DNA of 64,000 nucleotides, from NCBI GenBank assembly GCA_051362555.1, contig CM120646.1, positions 21,948,001 through 22,012,000 of the forward strand, read 5' to 3'. Source of the stretch: Lingula anatina. Taxonomy: Eukaryota; Animalia; Brachiopoda. A program made the position numbers and the translations under genes. The notes beneath the pieces are model-generated. The model ran no database searches. It was not told the origin of the DNA and saw only the letters and a program-made list of their open reading frames with translations. This document shows positions 12,657 to 40,840 of this stretch, in pieces; the stretch's first letter is position 1; every line of letters starts with the position of its first letter.

Positions 12657-14806
12657 ATTTTATTGTACCACCAGCGTTAGCGCTGGCGGTACACATGGTT
12701 TTAGTCCCGTCCGGATCGTTCCGCCGACTCCGCCGGACGGCTACCGTTACCACTTCTCCTCCTAGACGGTAAGGGCCTCCGTACCCATCTCTTGGATTTA
12801 GGTCACCTATAATCTCAACTCGTTCCACGTAAAATTTGGGCTTTGTCGGTATTGGGGTCTAGGTGTGGCACTCATTGCAATGCACCCTTGTCGAAATAGG
12901 GCAAAATTAAATGCTAATTATCTACCCTACGGAAGGAATTATGGGAAAAATTTCTACAGACGGCTTTCCAAAAGTCATATGTGTAGATTTCAAATATGCC
13001 CTTGGATTTGACCTTTGACCTTTATTTCAAGGTCAAACAGGCCAAAATTTTCAAAAAAACGAATTTTTTTACAAAAGCAAAATTATTTGCCCTGTTATTC
13101 AGACACCACACAGACTTAACCAATAATATTATTGGAAAGTGTTACCCTTCAGGTCATCTTTCATCTCCGTGAATTTGGGGTCAATTGGTGCATTTTCACG
13201 GGAGTAGCGGCCATAAGATACCGAAACTGAAAACTGTCTCTAATTCGGGAACCGTTAATGCTACAGACCCATTCTTTTTTGCTTTTTGTAGAGCATGTAA
13301 AGCCCAACACTGAAGGTGTTCTCTGTTTTTTTGTATTCCATATGGTTTTCGAGTTACGCTGTATCAAAAAGTACATATTGGTGGTGAAAGCAAAATGTGC
13401 AGTACGGTAATGGATAATAAATTTTGAACTCCGGAAAAATAAAACATAAGGCTTGGCGAGGCAGACAACCTGTGGTTAAAAATGACATTATTTCATCAAA
13501 TTTGAACATCTGGAACTTCAGAGCACCTCGCATTTCAAGAATTTTGACCAAAATGACCTTTTCTTTATTTTAATTATTTCTTTCTGTACGAAATTTATGG
13601 CACATTATTGTAACTCCAAAATTATAACATTTAGTCCCTTATATCTCCAAAACTGGCAGAGATAGGTCCATAGTTACTATTGAAATTGAATAGGAGGTCA
13701 TATACTGGCAATCTAAATGTGACCTTGAAATTGACCTTTTACCTACTTTTCATCATGAATTGAACTTTGGTTCCCTTTTATCTCCAAAACTGGCAGAGAT
13801 AGGTCTATGGATACTATTGAACTTGAATAGTAAGTCATATACTGGCAATCTAAATTGACCTTTGACCTACTTTACACCATAAACTGAACTTTGCAACATT
13901 TTAATGCTTTTATTTTCAAAACTGGCAGAGATACGCCCATAGCTACTATTGAATTTGAATAGAAAGTCATACGAGGCAATTTACTGTGACCTTGAAATTG
14001 ACCTTTGACCTACTTTTCATCATGATATGAAGTTTACAAATTTTGGTTCCCTTTTATCTCCAAAACTAGCAGAGATAGGTCCATAGTTACTATTGAACTT
14101 GAATAGGAAGTCATATACTGGCAATCTTAATGTGACCTTGAAATTGACCTTTGACCTACTTTACACCATAAATTGAACTTTGCAACTTTTTAATGCTTTT
14201 GTTTTCAAAACTGGCAGAGATACGCCCATAGTTACTATTGAATTTGAATAGAAAGTCATACGAGGTAATTTACTGTGACCTTAAAATTGACCTTGGACCT
14301 ATTTTTAACCATAAACTGAACTTTGCAAATTTTGTTCCCTTTTATCTCCAAAACTAGCAGAGATAGGTCCATAGTTACTATTGAACTTGAATAGGAAGTC
14401 ATATGCTGGCAATACAAATGTGACCTTGAAATTGACCTTTGACCTACTTTTCATCAGGAATTGAACTTTGCAAATTTCCGTTCCCTTTTATCTCCAAAAC
14501 TGGCAGAGATAGGTCCATAGTTGCTATTGAACTTGAATGGGAAGTCATATACTGGAAATTTACTGTGACCTTGAAATTGACCTTTGATCTACCTTACTAT
14601 GAACTGAACTTTGATTGTACCATTTTTAGTTATATATTTTTTTGCATATTTTGAGAATTCTTGTTGATTGCATTTTTTACAGCTTGTCAAGCACAAGACT
14701 GGTGGTGGTGTCCCTTTTTTGTGTGTGTGGGGGTCTATACGATCGCGCTTACCCCAGCTGGTGGTACAATATTCGGAGGCGGTATCGCCTCTCTGATCCT
14801 CTAGTT
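12657..14806 (+). mobile_element. Helentron-type non-autonomous element carrying a satellite array
   Basis: Sub-terminal IR ttgtaccaccag (12663) / ctggtggtacaa (14758), 3' palindrome gaggcggtatcgcctc, end ctagtt. Confidence 0.8.
13640..14620 (+). repeat. Tandem array of 7 units, about 132-146 bp each
   Basis: aact(g/a)gcagagata anchors at about 13651, 13788, 13920, 14064, 14209, 14352 and 14498; tgaccttgaaattgacctttgacct in most units. Confidence 0.9.
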
Positions 14807-15409
14807 CACTACTGGATTAATCACTCATCTATTGTGTAATGCTTTGGTGGATAATATTTGACCAAAATTTCAGAGAGATATGAAAAAAATCTAATCATTT
14901 TCCTGAGATATCCATTTTATATATGAAACTTAAAGAAACTGTCAGTCTTTGCCGAAATTTCCTTATTTACTGCCCAACATGCATTATTTTTAATGAAAAA
15001 TAAATCTTCAGATCTCGATGAATTATGGAAAAATCCATTTCTCAAATTTCTTTACCTGAGCACCCATGAACACTGTTTCAACACCAATTTAATGACACTA
15101 GGTAGTTCTTCAAAACCCTGCCAGCAATTTTTATAAAAGCTCTATTTTAGATTGTATTGCTTATAAAGCCAAATAATGCCTTAGCTCAATGAAAATCTGT
15201 AATTATGGCTCATAATTCCATAATAAAAAAATATTTAAACCAAAATGACCACAAAATGTTGAAGCCCATAACTTTGTGGTCAAGTATGCCCATTTCCGTA
15301 GTAATTTCTAATAAGAATGAAGTTATGTCCCATGCTGATTGCTGTGTCACATCAAAACAGCTGTTTGATTGGCATTAAGTGCAAAATTAAACTAATTTCA
15401 TTACAATTA

Positions 15410-16100
15410 ACTCTTGTTTGCATTTTGGCATTTGCAAGGTGTGACTTTGAAGTTCCATGGGCTTGAAGACCTTTACTAGTCAAATTTTCTAAATATCCAT
15501 TTTACTTGCAGCGCATAATTATATTTTGTTGGTGAATATGCTAGCATGTAATATTGCATCAAAATTTAAGAAAACCCTATTTCAGGCACTGCTGCCCGAG
15601 TGACGCTTAAAGAAAAACCATTCCACTTACTCTTTACAAACTTAGAGGAAAGAAACATAGGACTGAAATACAGCTTCATGTGGAACACCAGTCTGACTGG
15701 TTAATTTTTCTGGAAGATTTTCAATTTTTTTGTGAAAATTTAATTTTTCACATAATGGCATTTCCAAGGTGTAAATTTGAACCTCCGTGAGCTTCAAGAC
15801 CTTTGTTAGCCTCATTTTATGAATATTCAGGACACTTTTATTTTACCATTAAAATTGGTCATAATGGTGTAAAGCATTATGTAATTTTGCATCAAAACTG
15901 AAGAAAATCCTATTTTGGACACTGCTGGAATGATGACCATTAAGGGAAAACCATGTTACTTATCATTCTCAAACTTACAAAAAAAGAAACATAGGACTAA
16001 AATGCAGCCCCGGTTGGAAAAGCAGTCTAATTGGCTTTTTTCACACACTGTCATTTTCATTGTGGGACTTGGATCTCCCACGGGCACGAATAGTCCAGGC
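15410..16100 (+). repeat. Two units of the 330-bp repeat family seen at 2530-4060
   Basis: Same ttggcatttgcaaggtgtgactttgaagttccatggg and aaaatgcagccc-ttggaaaagcagtctaattggc motifs. Confidence 0.8.
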
Positions 16101-16744
16101 AATCTAAGCCATATTTGGGCCCATCTGGAAAGTAATTGCAACAGTTTTTATTTTACCACAGTGCTTTCCTATGAAGTCTCCAAAATGACATACTAAAAGT
16201 CTAGGGAATCCTATCATGGGAAATATGAAAAAAAAAAACAAGATAGCCATCAATGCGATAGGAATATATGGACAGCAGGGTGTCAACTGCAGCCAGGTAG
16301 ATATAGTGTCCATAACCATATTTAGATTTTTTATCAGTGTTTTCTATATCTTTAATGCTCCTTATAAAACGGATCTCGAGGACGCGGTAAACCTTAACTG
16401 GGATACAGCGACGATCTGACGGACTTCTGTGGGTCCATGCTTCAAGCAGACTGAATGGCACAAGACAGTGACCAATGGAGAGTTTTTGCGAGGGGGGCAC
16501 GTTGGGCCGGCACGTTGGGTTGGGTCGTTCTTGATGATTGATGATGATTCTCAACATACAAGTCTATTTGAAGAAAACAAAAAATAGTGAAAAATGAAGT
16601 AAAAGATATAGTCGCAAATTCTACTTTTTCTGAATCTCTGATAACAGCAAGTGATAAATCTGGCTTTTTTTTAAATAAATCATTGAAAAATATACAATTC
16701 ATACCTTGCTAGTACGGGGATGAAAGAACGTAGGTTACGCTTAC

Positions 16745-16887
16745 GAATATTATGAAATTAAAATTTTATCTTGTAAAACTATAAATAAAAAAACGACATT
16801 ACAAGGTTAAATAGAATGGTTATAAGGAATCCTACCTGGGAACCCGAAGAGAATATTTCAGATGCACTAAAGAGACATTATCATATC
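16745..16887 (+). pseudogene. Chromodomain remnant (retrotransposon-like)
   Basis: Reads EYYEIKILSCK...RHYKVK*NGY / PTWEPEENISDALKRHYH with a stop and frameshifts; matches YxVKWxGY...TWEPEEN. Confidence 0.7.
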
Positions 16888-17221
16888 GGTTACGTCCTTA
16901 TATATCCCGTCACCGATATTCTCCCGCCTATTTACATCCCCGCACCGATACTTCCGCGCACCGATGCTCCCCCACAGCATAGATTCCCTTGGCTTTGGTT
17001 AACACAATTCATGATTCAAAACCCTTTCTATAATGCTTTTATTTTTACCAAATGCACCACCATCTTGGGACCCAAAAGTGACACATTTTATTCAAAATAT
17101 ATTGGAAAAATAAAGAACATGAAGTCGATCCCGGACTTTGTGTGCAGCTGGAGAGTAGCTCTTCCTTGTGATTTTTGAGAAATGTTTCTGCAAAATTAAT
17201 TTCGTTCCTCTACTGAAGTTA

Positions 17222-17293
<72 letters not shown>

Positions 17294-18591
17294 CGTCCTT
17301 ATATTTATTTATTTATTATTTAAGTAACAAAGAAAATTTGGAAGACTGTCAGAAAACATCTCTGGATCTACCCCTGAATTTAGCATTAATTTTCAAAATA
17401 TGCAGAAAAAATGGTCCAACCAAGCTGCCTATCGAAAACTAGACCCCGAACCGTCCAAAATGACTTTCACTTTAATAAATAATTGTACTAAATTTCAGTG
17501 TAAGTATTTCCACTAACGAATTAACTAATCTATGGGCTCCGACATGACTCCAGATTCGACTCAGTCTTTCACTTTACGTGCACAGAGAAGCATAACAGAA
17601 CAACCTTACATCTTCAGTCTCAGATCAAAAGTGTCTTTATTATGGGCAAGTTTCAAGTTATATACAGATTATCTACAGGGAATCTATGTGTACATGTGGC
17701 TGCTTCTTATTTACATACTAATTGTTGTGCAATATTAAAAGGTGATATGCATCTGTCTCAGGCATAGGCCTACCTATGGGCCTCTACAGAAAATAATATT
17801 TATGTATGCAGGACATACACAAATTACATAATATCATGTTGATTAACTATGATTACACAATGTGGAATTGGTGCAGGATTCCACTCCCTGTATTTAATGA
17901 ATATTCATCAGTTCTATAAGTTTGAAGACAAGAGTTAAAACATTTCTTCACTAATTGTGTTTTGTCTAAAAGCGCACGGCGACGACGACGACAGATGTAG
18001 GGGATGGCTCAATGTAAAAAGTGAAAAGCACTGTATTTATATTCAAAGAGGTTTGTCAAATCTAGGGTGTAGATGATTTAAAAAAGCATAAAAACAACAT
18101 CATCATTTTTCCACATATCCTACCAATACCCAGTGCTTTTTCCATTTGACAAAATATTGTCTATACAGTGTAGGCTGTGCTTCCGACTCGTTGACCAATT
18201 AATCAGATCTATACGTAAAACAATATCGGTGTGAGGTGACAGACTCCCTCATGGTAGACAGTCCGGTTCTCATTAATTTGCATAGGTAAGCCTCGCCCTT
18301 GATTTTGACCCATTTACGTCAGACTAACCCTAACCTGTATAATTAAAGGGAGGTTGACTCTCTGTTACCTAGACCCTCAGTTTCGTGGAAATTGCATAGA
18401 GGGAGTAATGATCGCGATGCTGGGGAGTATCGGTGAGGGGGAAGTTACGGTGCGCGTATAAAACGGCAATTTTACAGAGGATGTATCGATGCAGGGATCT
18501 ATTGGTGTGGGGTCGTATCGATAATATAAATACATAATGCAAAAATTTACTAAGGGGAAATATCGGTGCGGGGGAGTATCGGCATGACCCC
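16888..18591. mobile_element. Foldback/Mutator- or hAT-like non-autonomous DNA transposon
   Basis: TSD atcatatc at 16880-16887 and 18592-18599; arms of repeated caccgata / tatcggtg motifs in inverted orientation; (TA)n inside. Confidence 0.7.
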
Positions 18592-19645
18592 ATCATATCA
18601 ATAAGATTTGACAAGGGCGAAGTTAAAAACACAGAAATTAAAAATAGAAATACCTGTATTGTAATAAGTACTTTGTATGTTAATCAAAGTACAAATGTCA
18701 ATAAATTGACATTTTCAAATAAAAAACTATATGATTCTGTAGTATCAAAAAAATGAAATATTTGACACCAAACTAGCCTCAGACACTCCTCTCAGTTCAT
18801 GCACACATAAATATTAATCGACTCAGGGTTAATCTATAATCTAAAGTTGAGATTTTGTCTAAGATAAAAGCTAATTGTCGCCTTGCCTGGACAGGTCTCC
18901 TTAACCAACAAGGTGAATCGTTAGGGTTAAACGTTACATTTCACAGTATGTTAGATAACAATGAGAATTATATAAAGCAACCAACTTAACTTCATGTTAT
19001 GAATTAAAAAATATTCACGTTTGATATACCAAAGCTTAAAAATATCAAAAAAAATTCAAGACGTTAAGAGGCACCAGACTTTCTGATAACTAACTATTTT
19101 GACAAGGCACTTTTGTACAGTAGGCCCTTATGATAAACTTAAAAACCACTATGTGACTTTTGTAGAGTGATGGATACAGAGAGAGACAGCAAGAAACACT
19201 ATTGAAAACAGTGGGGTCCCTTAGCAAAGCATGGGGCCTTCTGCAAATTTACTGAAAATATGCCGCAAATTTTCTGTAATATTGCGCAAATTAGAAGCAA
19301 TAATACATTTCTTGCAAACTCCTTGCTTCAGACTTTTGGTTTGCAGCAATATTGCTGCAAACTTTTCATTTTGCTATCGGGCATCACCTTCCATTTTCAG
19401 GCCAATCCCTTGGGGGCCAATGGTTAGAATAAGCCTAAATCCATTCTCCAAGCAGTCAAAAGGAAATAAATATCAGTATGGTCCAAAAAGTTTGAATAAT
19501 GAAATTCGACTTGCAACATGCATAACGCAGAAGGATAAAGTTAATATGAGACAAATGATCCGAAATGATAATTATGCATATTAATAAATATGAAATATTA
19601 ATGAAATAAAGTCAATGAATGGACGAGGGATTTGCTCCTACACCC

Positions 19646-19850
19646 CATTCTCATAGATTAGATCGACCTACATTGGATCGACCTAACTCCCTGGGGGTTC
19701 ACGCTAAATAGCTGTTAGCCGGGCGGACACGAAAGTTAATTACCCCTTAAAGCTTGTAGTAGGCGGGGACGGACACTTAAGGGGGATTATCTGACAGTAA
19801 TCTAGTGAGACTCCCCGCGGTGATAGATCGATCTAAAAGTTGTGAGAACA
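19646..19850 (+). mobile_element. MITE of about 200 bp
   Basis: Terminal IR cattctcatagattagatcga...tcgatctaaaagttgtgagaa; absent from the homologous site upstream of RTK copy 3 (about 57860). Confidence 0.8.
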
Positions 19851-20069
19851 GAGCCCTAGACTGAAGCTATAGCCTTTGATAAATATCTATCAAGTTAAAC
19901 ACATGATGCAGTAAGAAGTGCAAGGTTTAATATAAAATTATTTTCAAATGACTTTGATAAACATCACGGGAAACATTTGGAGTGCTCATACTTATAGTGT
20001 CACCTTACAAACACTTACATATATATATACTGGATGCTAAGAAAAAGAAGAAAATGTTTACATTAGCTT

Positions 20070-20376
20070 CCATTTCACAATCCTCTGCCTCTCTGCTTTG
20101 TATTTGTGCGGAATAGGTGAATGTACTGATCGAAGTACTATTATTATACCGAGGCATACGAATGTACTATTTATCAGTGAGGTCAGGTCAATCAACGCGA
20201 CAACAGCCAGGATGAGGAAGTAGGCGACACCAAGGGATTTTAAAATATAAGTAGTTTCATGAAAGGAGTACCTCTATATATGTGATATAACGGGATTGTC
20301 AACTTCAATCAGTTTTGTTCTCGATGAAAAATCGACCGGCCGTAGTAAGAGAATTCATGTCCGACTTTTTCAGCAG
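20070..20376 (+). promoter_or_regulatory. Promoter and exon 1 (5' UTR) of RTK copy 1
   Basis: Block conserved at 36600-36892 and 58030-58362 (TTATC, AGGTCA, GAGGAAGT motifs); ends in donor cag|gtaagg. Confidence 0.7.
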
Positions 20377-20751
20377 GTAAGGCTAAAATTACGCTTAGCT
20401 CGTTCATAAAATACGATATGAATATGAAAACGTGGCTTGTACGTATCAATATTAACTAGATTCTATGTGTAGATGCATATATCCGTTGGCCTACCTTCCA
20501 CTATCTTTAATTACTGAACTCAGCATTCACATTGAAAATACGCTGGATGTTGGTGGGGTATTGATAACGACTTAGAAATACGTTTGTGCAGGGGTGACAT
20601 CATGTTACTATTGTAACTTTGTGACCTAGTTAAGTTAATTAAAATGTACAGACGATGATTCCTTTTTTTGTTGTGCACCTAGATGTTGTCATAAATATGT
20701 AAGTGTTCTAACATTGAGGTGCCCACTATTTTTTCTTTCTTTTAGAAAGAA

Positions 20752-34788
<14,037 letters not shown>

Positions 34789-36448
34789 GGAATGTTAGAA
34801 TACTTAAGTGTTTGCTTTATTTAGCACAAACTCTATAGTGAGGGATGGACAGAATCTGTACCTTCCTTTATTTCATAAAACTTTTAAATATGGTATGATA
34901 AACTTTTTTTACAGACACACGGAACCAAATGTTCTCCGCAAATTACAATGTCTCAACCTTGAGGAAATTTAAACGAAGACTGTACGTAGATCTCGATCAT
35001 CAAGCGGACGAAAATGGCTAAGAAATATTTTACCTTACTTTTTTATTTGTTAATTTAGATAATTAAGGCGTACCTTATATTGCAGGGAAAATTATGAATC
35101 CTAATCCAAATTGAATTGTCCCTTGTTTTGCCCGTAAAAAAATAAACTGTGCATCTATCAGCATTCATTACAAGTTATGCAGTGTGGGAATAGTTGTTAC
35201 CTCTTCAGAAGAAATGGAAAATGTAGTTTGAGAAGGCGGGAAATGCGTTATTAGTTTCTAAAAACTCCATCGACAGGCAAAGGTGATCTTTATATATTTT
35301 TGAAAAGAATCGCTGTAGTAGATAATTGCTTCTATTTGTAAGCTTAAATTCAAAGAATTTTATGAATATAATCAGTTGTTCGCTTTTTTTTCACTGTGAT
35401 CACGAAACGTGATGTTAATCAAAAGATAAAATAGTAGAAACCTTATATACATTAGCTTGGTCAATAAATGCAGTTGCATTACTTCAGTTAGAGAGACAAG
35501 ATGAGATAGATTACTGTTTATACTGTATAAACTAGAAAAGTATCAAAATAAATGACAGGAATATGTATTATGATTATTGACCAAACTGCAATTTGACAAT
35601 TTTTATTATTGTATAATAAAATGCAAAAGAATGTATTAATTTTGCTTTGTAAAGCATATCTCGATATATATATGTCTGTACATCTGCCATTTCAGAATTT
35701 TACTATATTGGTAGACAAAGATGTGAGGATTCTATGCATATTTTACAGAAATGCATTTTTCATTCATTTACCGAAATTAGCTTTTTGTTTTAAATTTTGT
35801 CCGTCAACTCATGGACAAAATAAAAATCCAAATGGATATAAATCGACTTATAATTAATCTAAAGTTGAGCTTTATATTGCCTTATTGGCATCTTGGCTAG
35901 AAGAGTCACCATCATTAGCAAGGCAAAATTGATTATAATCTGAGGGGTTCAATGATACAATTACAATAGCTAGGCACTTGATAAATTGGATACCAAGAGA
36001 GGCGGTATGAGAGACTATCGAGAATGATGGGTCATCGCCTTGCATCTTCTGGGCAATTTTCTACGTCCAGTGGTGAGTGTAAGCAAATATCCTTTCTCCA
36101 AGCAGGTGAAAGCCCGGTGTTAATCAGACTTTCCAGGTTGGGAAATTAAAGACACAATGAAAGAGATAAATATCAGTTTAGACCAAAGGATTTGAATAAT
36201 GAATAAGTATATGCGTAATGCAAATGAATTAGGGGGCAAATAAAATATTAATAGGAAATAAAGTCAATAAAAAGTTGATGATTTTGTTCCTATGCTCTAT
36301 CTTCAACTTCCGATAATTATACAGTTAACCACTTGGTCAGTAAGCAGTATAATGTTATCTTATGACCATTAGTATTCGTTTTCTTTTAATTGTGAATTTT
36401 ATAAATTTGTAAAGTCTATAGAACATGCGTTGGATTTTAGACTATAAA

Positions 36449-36500
<52 letters not shown>

Positions 36501-37763
36501 TTCAAGAAGCCTAGAATAACATAACTGAAAAGACATCTTAAATAATCACAAATATAATATCATACAACAACATAACGTTATAATGTTTTATTCAAATCCC
36601 ATTCCACAATCCTCTGCCTTTTTGGCTTGTATCCTGTGTCAAATAATTGCATACGCTGATCTTGGTGCTATTTTTATAACGAGGTTAAAATTGTGCTACT
36701 TATCAGTAAGATCAGGTCAATCAACGCCAGGATGAGGAAGTAGCTGGCAGTATTTCTTAAACCCAAATAGTTAACATTGGGAGGCAGGGACACTACGCTT
36801 ATGATATACCAGTAGCGCATTTGTCATCATCAACTATATTGTTGTCCAGGATTAGCGACCAGTGACTTTCTATCATGCATCCTGTTGAACAGGTAGGTTT
36901 TGTGTCCATTAATATCAAGTTGAATCTTAAAAACGCAGTACTCCAGTTTGCATTAACATTACACCGATATTATATCCAGAATTACAAACACAATTGCTCC
37001 AGTGCTTGTTTACTATCCATTACATTACTTAGTGACATATATATGAAGATGTGATGTTAACGTTAGACTGGCTATCTTTATTGCCAAGCCTTAATAGTAT
37101 TTGTGTACACATTTATAAAGCACACAGCATAAGCAACAACATGCCCTTTAGTCTGATATCAGCACAAAATTCGGGATAAACACAGCGCTTAAATAACTTT
37201 TAATAACATAATAGAAAATTTGATCGTAATGTTCTGCAGTGGTTTAAATTTTTAGATACGAATTCATTTGCTAAATATGAAATGATAATCCCTTTTTATC
37301 GTAATGGTATATATGTATGTCCAACCCTATTTCTATAGAAAATGGTATTGGTCACGGTATTGGTGACCACCACCATCTTTTTTGTTTCAGAAAAACATGG
37401 CAAATGTCTATCGGCATCTGGCAGCAGAACTTATATTGGTGTTCGGTATTGTCAGCATAACAGGTTAATGAAAAGAAAATGTAGACTGATGTCATAAAAA
37501 TTACCGATTTTAAGCCCAAAGGCATGATTTTGTCTTTCACAACAGATATTCACTTTAAAGAGAAACGAAAAGCACACTTATGCTATCAACAGTTCAACAA
37601 ATGTAAGCTGTATTGCACAAACTTCCTGTTGTAAGCAAAGAAAGATTAATAGACAACTTATACTTAAAGAAAGTTTGAACACCTGTCATTGCTTAGTGTA
37701 AAACTGCAACCAAGCATGCTTCCAATTCCAGGTAAAATTTTCTTACAACACATACCATTACAG

Positions 37764-38135
37764 GTGCAGTGCCATGTGATGACGTCATCAGTGTTACCCT
37801 ACCCTCATCGTATTACGTACGCACTGGAGACAGTGTCACACTGCAGTGTACATTTACTGCTGCTGAAGCTGCATTTATACACCAGGTGAAGTGGCAGTGG
37901 AATTCACAGGAATATGAGCTAGATATTATCAGAGGTATCAGGACAACTGTTCTACAGCCACCGTGGAACGGAAGGTTGTCTTTCCAGCCTCCAGCCTCAC
38001 TTGTCATCAGTGGTGTCACTGCAGCAGATGCTGGGGCCTACACATGTGGGGTGAAGATACTAATCATAAACCCTGCAATTTGTGCTCCAGCAAGCACTCA
38101 GTTCATCACTAAAAGAACAGTTCTTTCTGTTTTGG
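37764..38135 (+). CDS. RTK copy 2 V-set Ig exon (open frame)
   Basis: Paralog of 21071-21463 with intact AG/GT; preceded by an SP exon MANVYRHLAAELILVFGIVSIT. Confidence 0.85.
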
Positions 38136-38249
38136 GTAAATAATGTAATTTATATAGCTACATGACTATCACCGTTTGAGAAAGTTAACTTAAAGCTTAT
38201 GAATATGAAAATAGTGGAGCAAAAATGTCCATTAGCTTGGTAGTTGGAT

Positions 38250-40840
38250 CATAAATGAAAATGTAAAATTAAACGAATAAGAAATATGAAGTTTGATAAT
38301 AATTCTACCAAATCAACTTAACACTGAGGGATCACATGAGATGTGACGTAGCCATCACGTGTCCAGGTTTAAAAGCGCATGCATGCACCAATGTATGCAT
38401 GCACAACAAATTCCAGGGCAGGGTGGGATGGGCATGTGATCCCTCAGTGTTAAGTTGATTTGGTAGAATTATTATCAAACGTCATATTTCATATTCGTTT
38501 TATTTTACATTCTACCAAATCAACAACACTGAGGAATTCCATGAGATTTTAGAGATGATACTTTTTTGCATGTGCATGGTTGATGTAAAATCCATTCATG
38601 ATGCATCTTATTTTATTTTGTGAAATAAAATATTACTGGTTGATATGATGGAGTTCTACCATCAAATGTAAAATACCCAAATCATGTGGGTAAAGCAACA
38701 TTGCATTCAGTAGAAATGAAGAACAACAACTAATAATGGGTTTTTGAAATATATTGTAGAACTTAAACTTGATATACAGTAGTTGATTACATGAGAAGTA
38801 GTTATCTACTCTTCCAAATTTCAAAGAATGTAAGCTGTAACAAACTGGTACAGCAGTTTTCTCACTTCATAAATAAAGTGATATCAAAGAAATTAAACTT
38901 TTATATTTTCAATTTATCTAAAAATGTTGAAGCATTGGTCCAACCAGCACATTTAATAATCTCTGACACTGACACCCCTGTCGCCTTTGCTGCAGTGGTG
39001 GAAGCAGCTCTAGTTGAATGTGCTTGAAAGGTTTTAATATCAATTCCGGATAGCTTCAATACAGTTATTGTCCACCTTCTAATGGTTTCTCTTGATACTG
39101 CCTTGTAAGGCTTGACAGTACTAATGAAGAACTCATTACTTTGTCTCAGTGGTTTAGTAACTTCAATATATCTACTCATGGTTTTTACCAAACAACTTTT
39201 CATCACCATATGCTTTAATTATGGTGTCCTTAAGTCGAAACCCTGGTCTAGAGGTTTTTGAAAGTTCACTATAAGTGATTTTTATTCCACTTTCTTTTAT
39301 GAAAATGTCACTGAGAAGTAAAGAATGAATAGTTTGTCCTCTCTGAGATGTAAGTAACGATAACAACATAACAAGTTTCATATATAGATTCAAAAGACTC
39401 AATTCTTCCAGTGGAAAAGGACTTTGCAAGTATTTCAGTACATCTCCTAAACCCCCAAGTATGAATAGTATTAACTTGAGTTGGTTTTATGTTAAAAACT
39501 CCTTTCATGAACTTTTAAACTAATAGATTAACATAAATCACTGTTTTTCCACTAAGAGAAGCAAGACTTGATATGGCTGATCGAGCTGTATTAATAACCC
39601 TTTGTCCATTACATGTTGGAGAAAATTGACTACTTCTGGGGCAGATGGGCTAAATGAATCAATGTTGAATTCGCCACAAAATAACATCCATCTTTTGATA
39701 TATGACCAATATTGTTTTTGAGTGGAATGTCTCCATGCTCCTGAGATAGTTGTGATAGCGTTTCCTGATAATTTTTTCTGTTGCAACTGTTGCCTAATAA
39801 GCGAAAACATCCCAACCACATTTTGCTGAGAGGATGCTTCCGAGATAGATCTGCGGACATCCTTAGGGTCTCTTTCCTCCTGGGAATGATAAATTATTGT
39901 GCCACTATCAACTTCAGTAGCTTTGGAAACCAACTTTGAGCGGCCCATACCAGTGCAATTAATATCTTCTTCAATACTTATCCTATAACGCTGAAAGGAG
40001 GAAAAATATACAAAATTTATTTCTCAATGAACAATAAATGCATCAATTGCAATTGCATTGGGATCTGGTACATAGGCTACATACTTAGGTAACTGTTTGT
40101 CAATTCTTGAAGCAAACATGTCTACTGCTACTTGACTGTCTAATGAAAATATTGTTTGTATATTCTGAAAGATTTTTGTGTTTAATATCTATTCCAAGTC
40201 ATCATTCAATTTTCTGAGTAAATGATCTGCTTGAAAATTCTACACATCTGGTAAATGTATAGCTTGAAGATTAATGTGGCGTGCCATGCACCATTCCCAA
40301 ATATTACGGGTAAGAGAAAAAAGTTCAGATTTTCGTCCTCCTATATTATTAAATAGGATACTGCTACCATGTAGTCCATTTCCAGTCTGATAGCAGTATG
40401 TCTGACAGTTTTACAATGTGATTGTACAGTTAAGTATGCAGCTTTAAGTTCCAAAAAAAATTATGTGGCATGTTTTCTTTGAAGAAGACCAATGTCCCCC
40501 TGTTTTTTTTCATTTGTGTTATACATTATTCCTCCTCATCCTGTACCTGAACTATCAGTTTGAAAGGTAAGTGCGGGGCTTTCTGTTGAATACGTTTAAA
40601 ACTGGTTTCAATGTGATAGATCCACCATTGCAAATCTCCAATCATTTTCTCATTTACTTGGAATTTTGCATCAAAATTCCCACAATGCTCTTTGAGTAAA
40701 ATCTCCTTTTCTATTTCTAAAGGCTTATAATACAGAGGGGCATATGCTACCCCAGGCTCATCAGCCACTAATTTTCCTATAAGATGAGCCAGTTCACGAA
40801 TGCTAATGAGTTTTTTCTTGGAAAATTCTAATCCCCTGGC
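38250..40840 (-). mobile_element. DIRS-type tyrosine-recombinase retrotransposon, 5'-truncated and degenerate
   Basis: YR (AHSTRAAST...AGW; LLTSQRGQTI), integrase N-terminal domain (AWRHSTQKQY), MT-like domain (VDMFASR...YIFPPF), RNase H (HLP...QADHL), RT C-terminus (RELAHLIGKL). An inverted repeat of about 80 bp lies at 38260-38338 / 38433-38511, followed by a partial direct copy (ITR/ICR-like end). Confidence 0.9.

Noticed and set aside
13640-14620. CRISPR-like array
   Set aside because: Whole units are homologous with no unique spacers; eukaryotic TE satellite.
18830-19640. A fourth RTK copy upstream of copy 1
   Set aside because: Spacer sequence is homologous to the regions after copies 1 and 2, but no kinase or Ig exon was found before 20.7 kb.
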